DNA from: a virus
Length of the DNA: 64,000 nt
Strand: one strand, 5' to 3'
IMG/VR virus record: IMGVR_UViG_3300016472_000923
A program made the position numbers and the translations under genes. The notes beneath the pieces are model-generated. The model was not told the origin of the DNA. It was given only the letters and a program-made list of their open reading frames with translations, and searched no databases. Positions 9,242 through 18,653 of this stretch are shown in pieces (the stretch's first letter is position 1; the number at the start of each line of letters is the position of its first letter).

Positions 9242-10402
9242 TTATCTTTTAGGTATAGGAAAGATCGGTGCATTCAACTTTTGTTGGATAGTGGTTCCGG
9301 CGCTGCCCACTGGCTGATTGCGGATCACACCAGGCAGGGTCTGTTGGATGACTTCTTGCACTCCTTGTCGGGTTTCAGCTCTAGCAATGGCTTGTAGATT
9401 TTTACCTTTGAAAGTATTATAGGCTGTGCCAGCTTTTTGTACAGCTCCGATCACTCCTGCCACAGACCCGGCCTGCAGATCTTGGTAGATGCCTAGACCA
9501 GCATCAAGCAAACCACCCTGGCCCAATATGCTCTGTGTGCCGCCGGGCCGGCCAATGGGGCTCTGTACCTGATCGTAGTAAGTGGGATTGGCAAATCCCA
9601 CTGCATTGGTATCAGGTCTGGCTTTGCCAATGGCACCCGAATAATATTTCACCGTTTCATACTGTATGGTCATGGTGTTTTCCATGATACCGTTGTCTTG
9701 GTAGTAGTCGTACTGATCATGGCTCCAGTCGGTGATCAAGGGATTGATCAAAACATACTCTACGAATTTATGCTGATTGAATCCATAGATTTGGATGTCT
9801 CTGAAGAACGGTGGTTTGGTCGGTGCAGACCCTGGCACGCCGCTTTGTGTGCCATCGGAATATGACTCGCCTACATAACCCCAATCGTTGACGAATCGAT
9901 CGTTGGCATAGATGTCTCGGTTGTTGTAGTCGAATCCCTGTGTACGATTTGCATTTACGCCGATGGCACCGTTCTGTGCTGGGGTGTTGTTGTTATATGG
10001 TTGGTTTGGATCTTTGTAATAATAGGCGTAATAATTGTACCAAAGCGTGCGTATGAGATCGCCACCATCGTCGTGGAATACACATCTCACCGGCTGGTAA
10101 TTGATCTTTTTTTGCACCAGTCTTTTACGATTGTACTGATTCATCGTGTCAACTTCCATCTGGTACTTGGGAAGTTCGATATTTTTGACCAAGAGTCCCA
10201 CGGTGCTGGAATCAGTGCTGTTGAATATCTGACGCAGTGGTGGTATGGCCGAAGTGTTTAGATTGAAGTAGACATGGAATAGGAACTTGAGGCGAGGACT
10301 GTTCTCATACCCATTGGTGCGAAAAGTTTTGCTCGCATGAGTATAATCTTTGAGGAAATCATTCCCAAAGAATGTATTGAGAAAGTCCTGACCAAAGGCC
10401 AT
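9242..10402 (-). CDS. Tail tube-like protein (gp19/gp54-like tube initiator)
   Basis: PRLKFLFHVYF, ELPK, NQYNRKR, FHDD, INPLITDWSHD: tube-fold signature; follows gp19. Confidence 0.7.
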   Translation of the reverse strand: MAFGQDFLNTFFGNDFLKDYTHASKTFRTNGYENSPRLKFLFHVYFNLNTSAIPPLRQIFNSTDSSTVGLLVKNIELPKYQMEVDTMNQYNRKRLVQKKINYQPVRCVFHDDGGDLIRTLWYNYYAYYYKDPNQPYNNNTPAQNGAIGVNANRTQGFDYNNRDIYANDRFVNDWGYVGESYSDGTQSGVPGSAPTKPPFFRDIQIYGFNQHKFVEYVLINPLITDWSHDQYDYYQDNGIMENTMTIQYETVKYYSGAIGKARPDTNAVGFANPTYYDQVQSPIGRPGGTQSILGQGGLLDAGLGIYQDLQAGSVAGVIGAVQKAGTAYNTFKGKNLQAIARAETRQGVQEVIQQTLPGVIRNQPVGSAGTTIQQKLNAPIFPIPKR

Positions 10403-10408
10403 GGAGCG

Positions 10409-11041
10409 TTATGCTCCTACGCCAGCACCCGTGATAGCGCCTGCGATGGTTCTAGCGGTAGCAGTACCAACACCAACACCAAACGGTGACTGATTGGCGT
10501 TGTCAAATCTTATGCTCAATGCAATGGTCACTGGTTCGCTGGTACCGTAGTTCAGATCGTTGTAATTGGCCGACACTAGATAGCAACCATACAGTTCCCA
10601 TGATTCTAGCACAGTGGGTTCAACCGCACCGTTGCCACCGTCAAGCACTTGACAAACAGTGGTAAACTTGTAGTCGATACCAGATGCCGCAGAAGCCTGT
10701 TCAAGGAAATCCAGTTGCTTCTGTAGTTGTTGACCAACTAATCGAGTGACTTCGTTGCTGGCATCGTCGCGCAGATTGATAGTGACAGGTTCCCATGAAT
10801 GCTTACCAGCAAGATACAATTTGCTGTTGTAAATGTCGATGGGTATCTCATCAAAACTCACAGACGGTCTGGTGAAATCCATGACCTGTTTGGTGAGTTC
10901 TGTGGTGGTTGCATTGATACCAAAGTTCTGGAAGAAAACCCGGAACCGGTATTTTAATTTTGGCATCAATAGGCCTTGTTCAGATGAACTCTGATCACTG
11001 GCCAAGGGCACTGTCATTCTGTTAAGTGATGCGGAAGGCAT
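10409..11041 (-). CDS. gp19: Tail tube protein
   Basis: PKLKYRFRV, AGKHSWEP..INLRDD, WELYGC, IRFDNA; directly after the sheath gene. Confidence 0.85.
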   Translation of the reverse strand: MPSASLNRMTVPLASDQSSSEQGLLMPKLKYRFRVFFQNFGINATTTELTKQVMDFTRPSVSFDEIPIDIYNSKLYLAGKHSWEPVTINLRDDASNEVTRLVGQQLQKQLDFLEQASAASGIDYKFTTVCQVLDGGNGAVEPTVLESWELYGCYLVSANYNDLNYGTSEPVTIALSIRFDNANQSPFGVGVGTATARTIAGAITGAGVGA

Positions 11042-11085
11042 ATTCGTAATTCTCCTTGATGCAATTATTTATGGCCGGCGAGGCC

Positions 11086-11115
11086 AAAAAAAATGGGGGT
11101 CAATGCCCCCATTTT
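11086..11115 (-). terminator. Intrinsic terminator after the sheath gene
   Basis: AAAATGGGGG-tcaatg-CCCCCATTTT stem with a U-tract on the minus strand. Confidence 0.8.
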
Positions 11116-11132
11116 CTTGTCTAGCGATACCG

Positions 11133-14100
11133 TTAGACGGTGGTCGACGATGCGACTTGTCCAGCTGATATCTCGCCGGTGTTCTTGATTCGCAATGGAA
11201 TATAGATGAACTCCACTGCTTTCACGGGCTCTATAGCGATATCAACCCAAAGCTCGTTGCGATCAATTCTAGCCGGTGTGTTGTTGCTCTCGTCACAGAC
11301 CACTAGGTAGTCATAGATACCGCGCTTGGCTACTAGATCGATCATGAGACTGTTTACAGCATTGGTCATCTCGTTGCGAGTGATCTGATCGTTGGGCTCA
11401 AACACAAACTGAGAACCAATCTCTTCCAGGCGTCCGCGGACGAATGCTATCAACCGTGCCACGTTGATACGATCCAAAGCCGAAGTAGTTGCTGCTTCAG
11501 TCTTGTTGCCATAGTTGACTATACCTGCACCTGGAATAAAGGTTATAGGATTGATCTTGTTGGTATACAAGGTATCACGCAAGCCCTGACCCGTGGCTAT
11601 GGTCACGAATTCACCTGTCTGGCCGTTGATATATCCAATGCGTTCAGCATTGTCTACCAGGCCGCGACGCACGCCAGCCGGGGCCAACCAGGGGAACGCC
11701 ACTTCGTCGTTGCGGATGAAAGTACGGACCATCATATGGCTAGGAGGCTGTACCACTGGGCTGCCACTAAGATCTGTGGTCTGGCAGCTAGGATAGAATG
11801 TGGCCAAATAAGTGTCAGCCGTTACCAATCCAGATTCCGTATCTGTAGTCACTCCAGCGGTGTTTGTAGCCCAGGCAGTGATGGCAGTGCCAGTGGGTTC
11901 AAGACGCAGAGGAGTGTCGCCAATCACGAAGCCAGTGTTGCTGCGCTCGTTGTTGAGTGCGACCATGTTGGGGATCAGTTCAGGATATTGTGGTGTTGCC
12001 AAAAGATTGAACTGTACTTGCTCTTCACGCAATGTATCTTGCGTGTCGATGGCCGATTTCATTGCTGCCACCACCAAAGCACGCACCGCTTGCCGTCCCA
12101 TGTAGGGTGAACCGTCGTTGCGATTTCCTGAAGCTGTGACCCAAGCATTGGTCTCCAGCGTGGACCAGTAGGCAGTATTTGTAGGAGCGTTACCGGTGCT
12201 GTTCTGGATACACACATAAAGCACAGCATTGTACAACACTTTGTCTCCCACCACATAAGCTGTGGAAGCTGAGTAGGTGTCAAATGAGAAGTCAGTCGCG
12301 TTGAAATAGTCGCTTTGGAAAGATTTCACATTGAATCCTGACCGGCGTGTGTTGAACAACAACATACCTTCAGGATACAAAGTGGGTTCAGGAGCGTCAA
12401 TGTCCAAATAATCACTGGTCAGCAAGCTGGTGATAGTGGGGATATTGTCTGTTATAGGGTTGGTCGTACCATTGGGGGCCCATCGGGCATCTGCAAACAA
12501 TATACCGTCTGCGGTGGTCTGATCTGAATTGACGATCTGGACCCATTGCAACACACCGTCTACCTGCTGCCAGCGTTTGATCACAGGATACAGTTCGAGA
12601 TTTGATGTATCGATCCAAAGGTCGCCTTGCACCAGAGCGGTTCCATCACTTTGCTCAGTGGGTGCTGTCACAGAAACAATTGGGCCTGCAGGGTCAGTTT
12701 GCGTGAGATTGAAACCACGCACATCGTTGGTCACTGTCTGATAACCTTTCCAGCCGCCGTCGTCCTGGATCATGATATCCACTTGGTCGGTAGCAGAATA
12801 ATACCAGTAACGGCCGTCTGCGGGATCTTGATCGGGTGCGGTGTCGCTGGCTGTGTACTCTAGAGGCACCCAACCCGAAAGGATCAGTGCCGAAGTTGAA
12901 CCAGGCTGCAGTCTCACTCCGGTGACATCAGTGTTGAATCCTGCATCAAAAACTGGTCCGCCGCTGAGCGAACCCCCGTCGAGGACAACCACTCCGCCCA
13001 AGCTGTGCGTGATAGCGACAGCGCCATCCGATGTAACAGCAGCAGACACAGGTGCACCTGCAGGTATCGCTGCCGAAAATGCTGACACGAAAGCAGCAGC
13101 CGTAGATCCGGCCAAGGTAGCAGTGACCGCTGTGGTCAGTGTGCCGCTGTTGGCCACGCTGTACTGTATGGTAAAGGTTTCGCTAGAAACGAAAGTGGGC
13201 GTATCATTGTCACCAGTGGTCACAGTGGCACCAGTGTTTAACCGTTCAAAAACTTTCAGCGTGAATGTGTTGTTTCCTGAACCAGATTCTGGTGCCACAT
13301 TGTATTGTGTATAAGTGGAACCGGCTGGTATGTTCTTACCACCGCCTGCAGGATCAAGCGCAGCATTGGCTGACTGATCGTTTTCATAGATAGGCGCAGC
13401 TTGCTGCACAAACAGGCCCAGTGTAGCATCATACTTTTTGACGATGATGTCAGCACCAGAATTTACTGCCGTGGTCACATTCCACACAGAGCCAGTGGGC
13501 CGAGGTGTGGTCTGGCCAGTGGCCCAGCGCGGGTTGGTATAGTTGGGGCTTTGCTGCAGCGCAGGTGAATAGTAAGTACCTGCTGTGATGCCCAAGGTTG
13601 TCAGTGGGGTGCCAGTGTCGTTGGCGATGGTGATAGCACCATCAGGAGTAGAATCAACTGTGCCCGAATCGCTGTCAGCATACAGCCAAAGTTTGTTGCT
13701 GGTCAGTGTGAGATTGGTCTCGGCCGTGACGCCAGCGATGCCAGCACCGTTGATGTCGGAAACCAAGCTGGCCAAGGTCTGCCCAGTCAATGTGACTTCA
13801 ATTTCGTTGATCTGGATCTTGTTGCCCACTGTCAGAGCATTGCCGGTCACAGTGTTTGATCCTTGCACTGTGGGCCAAGAATTTTTCCAATCATCGCTAC
13901 CAACGAGTACCCAAGCATTGTCATTGTTTTTGTAGTACACAGGGTTGTTGGTATTGGTGGCTACCACTGCATAGTCACCAATGGCGCCTACGGAGCTAGC
14001 CGGGATGCCACCGCTGAGTTCTGCAGTATCTGTGATCACCGTGGGTGTCTGTAGTGTGAATGCTCCCGTGGTTTGATTCCACTGGAATATACCCCAGGCA

Positions 14101-14525
14101 GTGCTGGCAGTATCCAGCCAGTATGTATCAGCAGCTGGAGCGCCGGTAGGACGCACCAGGCTGGCAGTAAGTTCAGCAAGATCGATGTTGGCGCGCTGTA
14201 CATAAGCACGATTAGAGATGCCCAAGGCACTGTAAGCAGCCAGCAAGCCATATTCGTTGAGCTCGTATCCGTTGATTGGTGTGCCAGCAGATGTCTTGTA
14301 GAAAAACGGATTGCCAAATGTAGCAGATAGATCGCGCTGGCTAGTTATGAGATAAACTTTGCCGGCATTTGCTGCCAGGGTACCGGCGGCCACACCAACT
14401 CCGGTTCCGGAAATCTTATTCTGTGCTGTGGCGATCAAGAAATAAGGTACCGAGTTAGTCGCTGCAGGAATGTAGTTCGACTCGTCGATTACTGTTACTT
14501 CTACGCCAGGGGATACAAGTGCCAT
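11133..14525 (-). CDS. gp18: Tail sheath protein, enlarged (1130 aa)
   Basis: MALVSPGVEV start; C-terminal PWLAPAG..RG, ALDRINVARL, FEPND, IEPVKAVEFIYIP. Confidence 0.93.
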   Translation of the reverse strand: MALVSPGVEVTVIDESNYIPAATNSVPYFLIATAQNKISGTGVGVAAGTLAANAGKVYLITSQRDLSATFGNPFFYKTSAGTPINGYELNEYGLLAAYSALGISNRAYVQRANIDLAELTASLVRPTGAPAADTYWLDTASTAWGIFQWNQTTGAFTLQTPTVITDTAELSGGIPASSVGAIGDYAVVATNTNNPVYYKNNDNAWVLVGSDDWKNSWPTVQGSNTVTGNALTVGNKIQINEIEVTLTGQTLASLVSDINGAGIAGVTAETNLTLTSNKLWLYADSDSGTVDSTPDGAITIANDTGTPLTTLGITAGTYYSPALQQSPNYTNPRWATGQTTPRPTGSVWNVTTAVNSGADIIVKKYDATLGLFVQQAAPIYENDQSANAALDPAGGGKNIPAGSTYTQYNVAPESGSGNNTFTLKVFERLNTGATVTTGDNDTPTFVSSETFTIQYSVANSGTLTTAVTATLAGSTAAAFVSAFSAAIPAGAPVSAAVTSDGAVAITHSLGGVVVLDGGSLSGGPVFDAGFNTDVTGVRLQPGSTSALILSGWVPLEYTASDTAPDQDPADGRYWYYSATDQVDIMIQDDGGWKGYQTVTNDVRGFNLTQTDPAGPIVSVTAPTEQSDGTALVQGDLWIDTSNLELYPVIKRWQQVDGVLQWVQIVNSDQTTADGILFADARWAPNGTTNPITDNIPTITSLLTSDYLDIDAPEPTLYPEGMLLFNTRRSGFNVKSFQSDYFNATDFSFDTYSASTAYVVGDKVLYNAVLYVCIQNSTGNAPTNTAYWSTLETNAWVTASGNRNDGSPYMGRQAVRALVVAAMKSAIDTQDTLREEQVQFNLLATPQYPELIPNMVALNNERSNTGFVIGDTPLRLEPTGTAITAWATNTAGVTTDTESGLVTADTYLATFYPSCQTTDLSGSPVVQPPSHMMVRTFIRNDEVAFPWLAPAGVRRGLVDNAERIGYINGQTGEFVTIATGQGLRDTLYTNKINPITFIPGAGIVNYGNKTEAATTSALDRINVARLIAFVRGRLEEIGSQFVFEPNDQITRNEMTNAVNSLMIDLVAKRGIYDYLVVCDESNNTPARIDRNELWVDIAIEPVKAVEFIYIPLRIKNTGEISAGQVASSTTV

Positions 14526-14623
14526 AATGTCATCCTTATAAATGGTTACCTATATTTATAGGTACCGGCCTAAGAATGGTGGTTTGCGGAACCTTAATTA
14601 AGGCCTAGTCGCTAAATACCGCT

Positions 14624-14968
14624 ATGCGCCCTTTATGCCAAGTTTGCGGTAAAAATGCCCGTGCCATCAACGGGTATCACAACGACAAAGTCTACTATCG
14701 CAGTAGGTGCAATGCCTGCATCCGCAAAGGGCGGAAGAAGAAACCCAGTGTGCCGAGATGGCAGGCAGCAGGCTATGATAAGAAACCAACTTGCGACCGC
14801 TGTGGTTTCAGGGCCAAACATGCCAGCCAACTAATCGTCTATCATGCCAACGGAGATCTCAACGACTGTGAACTCCGCAATCTAAAAACTGTTTGCTTGA
14901 ACTGTGCTGCCGTGATCACGCGGCAAGATGTATCTTGGCGGCGCGGAGATCTTGAACCAGATCTGTGA
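14624..14968 (+). CDS. Zn-finger / degenerate HNH protein
   Basis: Four CxxC pairs; VYHANGD..N..NLKTVCLNC; TAAATA at 14613-14618. Confidence 0.7.
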   Translation: MRPLCQVCGKNARAINGYHNDKVYYRSRCNACIRKGRKKKPSVPRWQAAGYDKKPTCDRCGFRAKHASQLIVYHANGDLNDCELRNLKTVCLNCAAVITRQDVSWRRGDLEPDL

Positions 14969-15572
14969 TCTGGGCGTAGAGTTCGTCAAGTGTGCCATCA
15001 TTGGCGATCACTTTGTCAAATTTCGTTCCGATCCAGGCAGTTTCGCTGGCGTGGATACCTCGCTGCCGCAAGGCTTCTTTTGGATCCCCGTATGCCCAGT
15101 GACGATCGCTGTTGGCAGCCAGTGCCGCATCGTACCAATCAGGCTCAGGGCCGCGGGTGACACGGATCACATAGCCTCCCTGTTTGCGGATGGCTCTAAT
15201 TTCATTGGGAAATCTGCAGTCGGAAATCACCACATCATCTGAAGTTTTGCGCAGTTTGTTTTCTAAACTAGCGATCCAAATGTCATCATGGAAAGCACTG
15301 CGGCATACTTCTGTACCCCAATGCTGCAGGATATATCGAGGAGTGATCACCCGGTCCAGTCGTTGACTCCACCACTCGTCGGGCTGCTCGCGCCACTCGC
15401 GGCTGCTTTTGCTACGCCCTTCCAGCATGTCTCGATCCCAACCAAAAACCGCAGCACAAGCATCTTTTAGGGTGGCTGCGAAACTGTCCCTGCGGAATTC
15501 GTGGATGTTCACTAGATAGTCTGCTATGGTATCCTTGCCCGAACCAATCAGGCCACATACTCCAATGATCAT
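14916..15572 (-). CDS. Deoxynucleoside monophosphate kinase (T4 gp1-like)
   Basis: MIIGVCGLIGSGKDT P-loop, SFA..LK, LQHWGTE, ISDCRFPNE, HASE; start reassigned to 15572. Confidence 0.9.
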   Translation of the reverse strand: MIIGVCGLIGSGKDTIADYLVNIHEFRRDSFAATLKDACAAVFGWDRDMLEGRSKSSREWREQPDEWWSQRLDRVITPRYILQHWGTEVCRSAFHDDIWIASLENKLRKTSDDVVISDCRFPNEIRAIRKQGGYVIRVTRGPEPDWYDAALAANSDRHWAYGDPKEALRQRGIHASETAWIGTKFDKVIANDGTLDELYAQITDLVQDLRAAKIHLAA

Positions 15573-16054
15573 TGTACTGTCTCCTCTAACCATTCTTTGC
15601 ATTGCGGCCATGACCGATAGATATGGGCGCGGCCGCCGGCGCTGATCCATTCGTGGCAATTGCTGTCGCGATCATCTATCAAGATGTCGCCTGGGCGACA
15701 GTGCCGCCATTTGTCATGGCTGAATGGACCAAAAAACACCGGTACGCCGGGGAAATAGTGATTGGCCCACCATACCTTGTCCTGGGCAGCATAGGGCATG
15801 CTGTAATCATGAGGCAGAGCAGTCAGGAAAAATATTTCGTCTGTACCAGAGCGGCATCGAGACTGGATCCACTCGACCAGATCCATGGCTCCGGGTTTAA
15901 GTGGCAGGTTATAGTAGAATCTTTGATTTTGTCTGATCTTTTGCCAATCAGAGTCCGGTATGCGCTGCCCGTAATCCCAGTCTCGAGCCACTATGGATTT
16001 GGCATAACCCATCCAGTCGGCGACAACATCATCCATGTCAACGAAATAATTCAA
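15569..16054 (-). CDS. 5'(3')-deoxyribonucleotidase, HAD family (NT5C)
   Basis: DMDDVVAD, FLTA, K..W, ILIDD; likely TTG start at 16054 after an AGGAG SD. Confidence 0.85.
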   Translation of the reverse strand: MNYFVDMDDVVADWMGYAKSIVARDWDYGQRIPDSDWQKIRQNQRFYYNLPLKPGAMDLVEWIQSRCRSGTDEIFFLTALPHDYSMPYAAQDKVWWANHYFPGVPVFFGPFSHDKWRHCRPGDILIDDRDSNCHEWISAGGRAHIYRSWPQCKEWLEETVQ

Positions 16055-16581
16055 ACCAACTCCTTGATCTTCAGGTACTCCAAAGTATCCCATAGCAGAT
16101 CTATCTGCCGGCGACAATCTTCTAATGCATGGTGACTGGCTGGGTATTTGTTCAACCCGGGACAGAGTCCGTACACTGTACGAGCATCTCTGACTTTGAA
16201 ATACTGCCAGGGCAGCACTATGTTGTAGCTTTTGTAGGCGTGTTCCAGGATGTTCATATCAAATGTGGGACCATTTGCCCATACTCGATTGCATTGCCAG
16301 GTCAGCCGATGTAACTCTTCCAAGGCCTGTTTTAACGGAATCCGTCCTTCGGGACTGAACGCTTCTTCTTGTGCCTCTCGTGGCTGGGTGGCCCACCATT
16401 CTATGGTACCTTGGCTGATGTTGCGGTCGGGTTGGCTGTCGGGATCGACCCTGGCATAGTACCAACGATCGCTGTATCCATCGGTGCGTTGTAAAGGATC
16501 AAAGACCTGGGCAGCGATGGTCAGGATGCAGGCGTCCACGCCAGTGCCACAGGTTTCAATATCAATCATTATGTCAGCCAT
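16051..16581 (-). CDS. DEDDh 3'-5' exonuclease (RNase AS / Rv2179c-like)
   Basis: IMIDIET, WANGPTFD, RDART, HHALEDC. Confidence 0.85.
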   Translation of the reverse strand: MADIMIDIETCGTGVDACILTIAAQVFDPLQRTDGYSDRWYYARVDPDSQPDRNISQGTIEWWATQPREAQEEAFSPEGRIPLKQALEELHRLTWQCNRVWANGPTFDMNILEHAYKSYNIVLPWQYFKVRDARTVYGLCPGLNKYPASHHALEDCRRQIDLLWDTLEYLKIKELV

Positions 16582-16624
16582 GCTGACATTTTAGCATAGA
16601 TTTTGAGTTAATACTAGATGATTT

Positions 16625-17404
16625 TTAACCGATTACGAAGGTCAAAGGCTGAGAACCGTCGACATACAGTTTGAGTTCTTCCACGCATTTGTCTATCTGG
16701 GCTTGACCTTCGGCCTTCATCTGGGCACCATTCAGGGTCGATCCGCCTTGGGGACCAGCAATAGTGGCAAACTTTTCTCGAGCTTCGCCTATGATGATCT
16801 TGGCTGCGCCTGTCATGCAATCTCGGAACCACTGGCTGATTTGGTAATCAGCTAGTAGCGTGATTTCGGGTTTGAGATTGTAGGTCCACAGCAGAACAGT
16901 TTCGCCCGACCCGCGAGGATCACGGATCAGTTGCAGTTTTTTTGTCACAGGGTTCCAGGTATAGTTGATATAGCCGCCAAACATACGAGCAGCCAGTTCC
17001 ACATACTGCTGATAGAAGTCATAGGTGGCCATGCCACCGGTGCTTTGATTGAAGTTCAGTAGGTAAACATTCAAGGTGGCGGCCCCAAACGGATCAAAAC
17101 TGTAACCGCCCGAACCAGTGATACCGATGGTGCGCCGGAAGATCTGGCGGACCTGCATGACTTCCTGCGGCAGGTAATACTCGTTTTGTCCTTCGATCAA
17201 CTGCATGAAACTGTAGCTCTCTTCGTAGGCGTTTTGGGCCCGCTGGCGATAGATACCCAGGGTGCGCTGATAAGCAGCCTCGTAGTGGCTGGGATCCAGC
17301 TCTAGATCGATGATGTAGTCGCCCAGTTGCAGTTGTACATATTCTATCAACTGCTTTTTCAGTGGGTCGAGGCTGTCGTTGAGTGGGTTCTGACCATTGG
17401 CCAT
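16625..17404 (-). CDS. gp13: Neck protein, gp13-like
   Basis: QLGDYIIDLELD, REKF..IAGPQGG..LNG, PLTFVIG end; late promoter. Confidence 0.8.
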   Translation of the reverse strand: MANGQNPLNDSLDPLKKQLIEYVQLQLGDYIIDLELDPSHYEAAYQRTLGIYRQRAQNAYEESYSFMQLIEGQNEYYLPQEVMQVRQIFRRTIGITGSGGYSFDPFGAATLNVYLLNFNQSTGGMATYDFYQQYVELAARMFGGYINYTWNPVTKKLQLIRDPRGSGETVLLWTYNLKPEITLLADYQISQWFRDCMTGAAKIIIGEAREKFATIAGPQGGSTLNGAQMKAEGQAQIDKCVEELKLYVDGSQPLTFVIG

Positions 17405-17427
17405 ATCTGGGCTCCTTGCCCAGATAT

Positions 17428-18579
17428 TTATCGGATCTTCAGCAGTATCAAGTTCTCGTTACCGCGACCATTGAACTTGACTTCGGTGGCTCGGATGTCC
17501 TTGAAAAACTTGCGGTGCTGTGCCACACCGCCCTGCAACAGAGCTCGGATCTGTTCTGCAGGCTTGCGTAGCGTTTTTTGTACACTGTTGGTAGGATCAA
17601 ACCCGATCAGCATGTTGTTTTTTACAGTAAACGATCCAGCATGGGTGTCTGCTACCACATAGATCAACTTGCGTTTCTTGCTATCATACAGCCAGGCTTC
17701 CTGTGCTTCTACTAATTTGGTCACAGGCTCAGATTTGAGTTTAAGCTCCGCAAATTCATCCTGATACTTGAACTTCTGTGTGAGTTTTTCTTTGCTCACT
17801 GGTTTTTTGGTCCTGGGCTTGCGTTCCACTTTCTTGATCTGTATATAACTGCCGCAGTCGGCGATCACGGTCTCGCAGAATTTGATCAGACTTCGCAGTT
17901 GTAGCTTGCCAAAGTTACTGTAACCTTCTACAAGTTGAGCATCTCGGCCCTTGGCCACTTCTTCCAGTTCCGCCACACGGCGTTTCCATGCGTCGGCGAT
18001 TTCGCCCACCATCTGCGGAGCCACATTCATACCGCGGATCACAGCCATGGGTTTGAAATCGGCGTTCATCTTGCCACCAGCATGCAGGACTTGGATCATC
18101 TCATCATACATGCCTTCGATCTCGCCTGCAGCCTCGCTCATCTTTTCACGCAATCGATCCTGGATGTTGGGCTTGGCTATCACTTCTTCGGCTGTGGCTA
18201 CCACTTCTTTGATTGCTCTGACTGTTTCTAAGTGCTCGGAGATGGTGTTGTCTAATCGCAATTCTTCATGCTCCAGCAGAACCAGGCCCATGGTGTTCAT
18301 ACGACACAACCAGCCAGTTTGATTAAGCACTGTGGCTTCAGGGACCTTGGCGAACAATTTGGCATCTCGTGGCCTATCGTGCCGGGTCAGCCAATCGATC
18401 ACGCACTCTTTGGCTTCTTTCTTGCCATAGTGATAGTTGTACCAAGTGAACGCACCTATGATGGCTCCTTGCCTGCTTTCGCTTTCGGGCTGGATGCGCC
18501 ATTCGGGCTCGTTGCCGGTATATTTGGTGTCGGCGCTACGGGGATTCATCGATTTGGGTGCTTTGACAATAGTAGCCAT
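17428..18579 (-). CDS. Hypothetical early protein
   Basis: ~383-aa basic ORF behind a near-consensus sigma70 promoter; function unrecognised. Confidence 0.65.
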   Translation of the reverse strand: MATIVKAPKSMNPRSADTKYTGNEPEWRIQPESESRQGAIIGAFTWYNYHYGKKEAKECVIDWLTRHDRPRDAKLFAKVPEATVLNQTGWLCRMNTMGLVLLEHEELRLDNTISEHLETVRAIKEVVATAEEVIAKPNIQDRLREKMSEAAGEIEGMYDEMIQVLHAGGKMNADFKPMAVIRGMNVAPQMVGEIADAWKRRVAELEEVAKGRDAQLVEGYSNFGKLQLRSLIKFCETVIADCGSYIQIKKVERKPRTKKPVSKEKLTQKFKYQDEFAELKLKSEPVTKLVEAQEAWLYDSKKRKLIYVVADTHAGSFTVKNNMLIGFDPTNSVQKTLRKPAEQIRALLQGGVAQHRKFFKDIRATEVKFNGRGNENLILLKIR

Positions 18580-18603
18580 GGGTTCTCCACTGTGATATGC
18601 GTA

Positions 18604-18632
18604 ATTATAGCAGGTCATTCTTTTCTGGTCAA
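18604..18632 (-). promoter_or_regulatory. sigma70-type early promoter
   Basis: TTGACC-N17-TATAAT with extended -10 TG. Confidence 0.8.
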
Positions 18633-18653
18633 CACACCCATAAATATACTACT

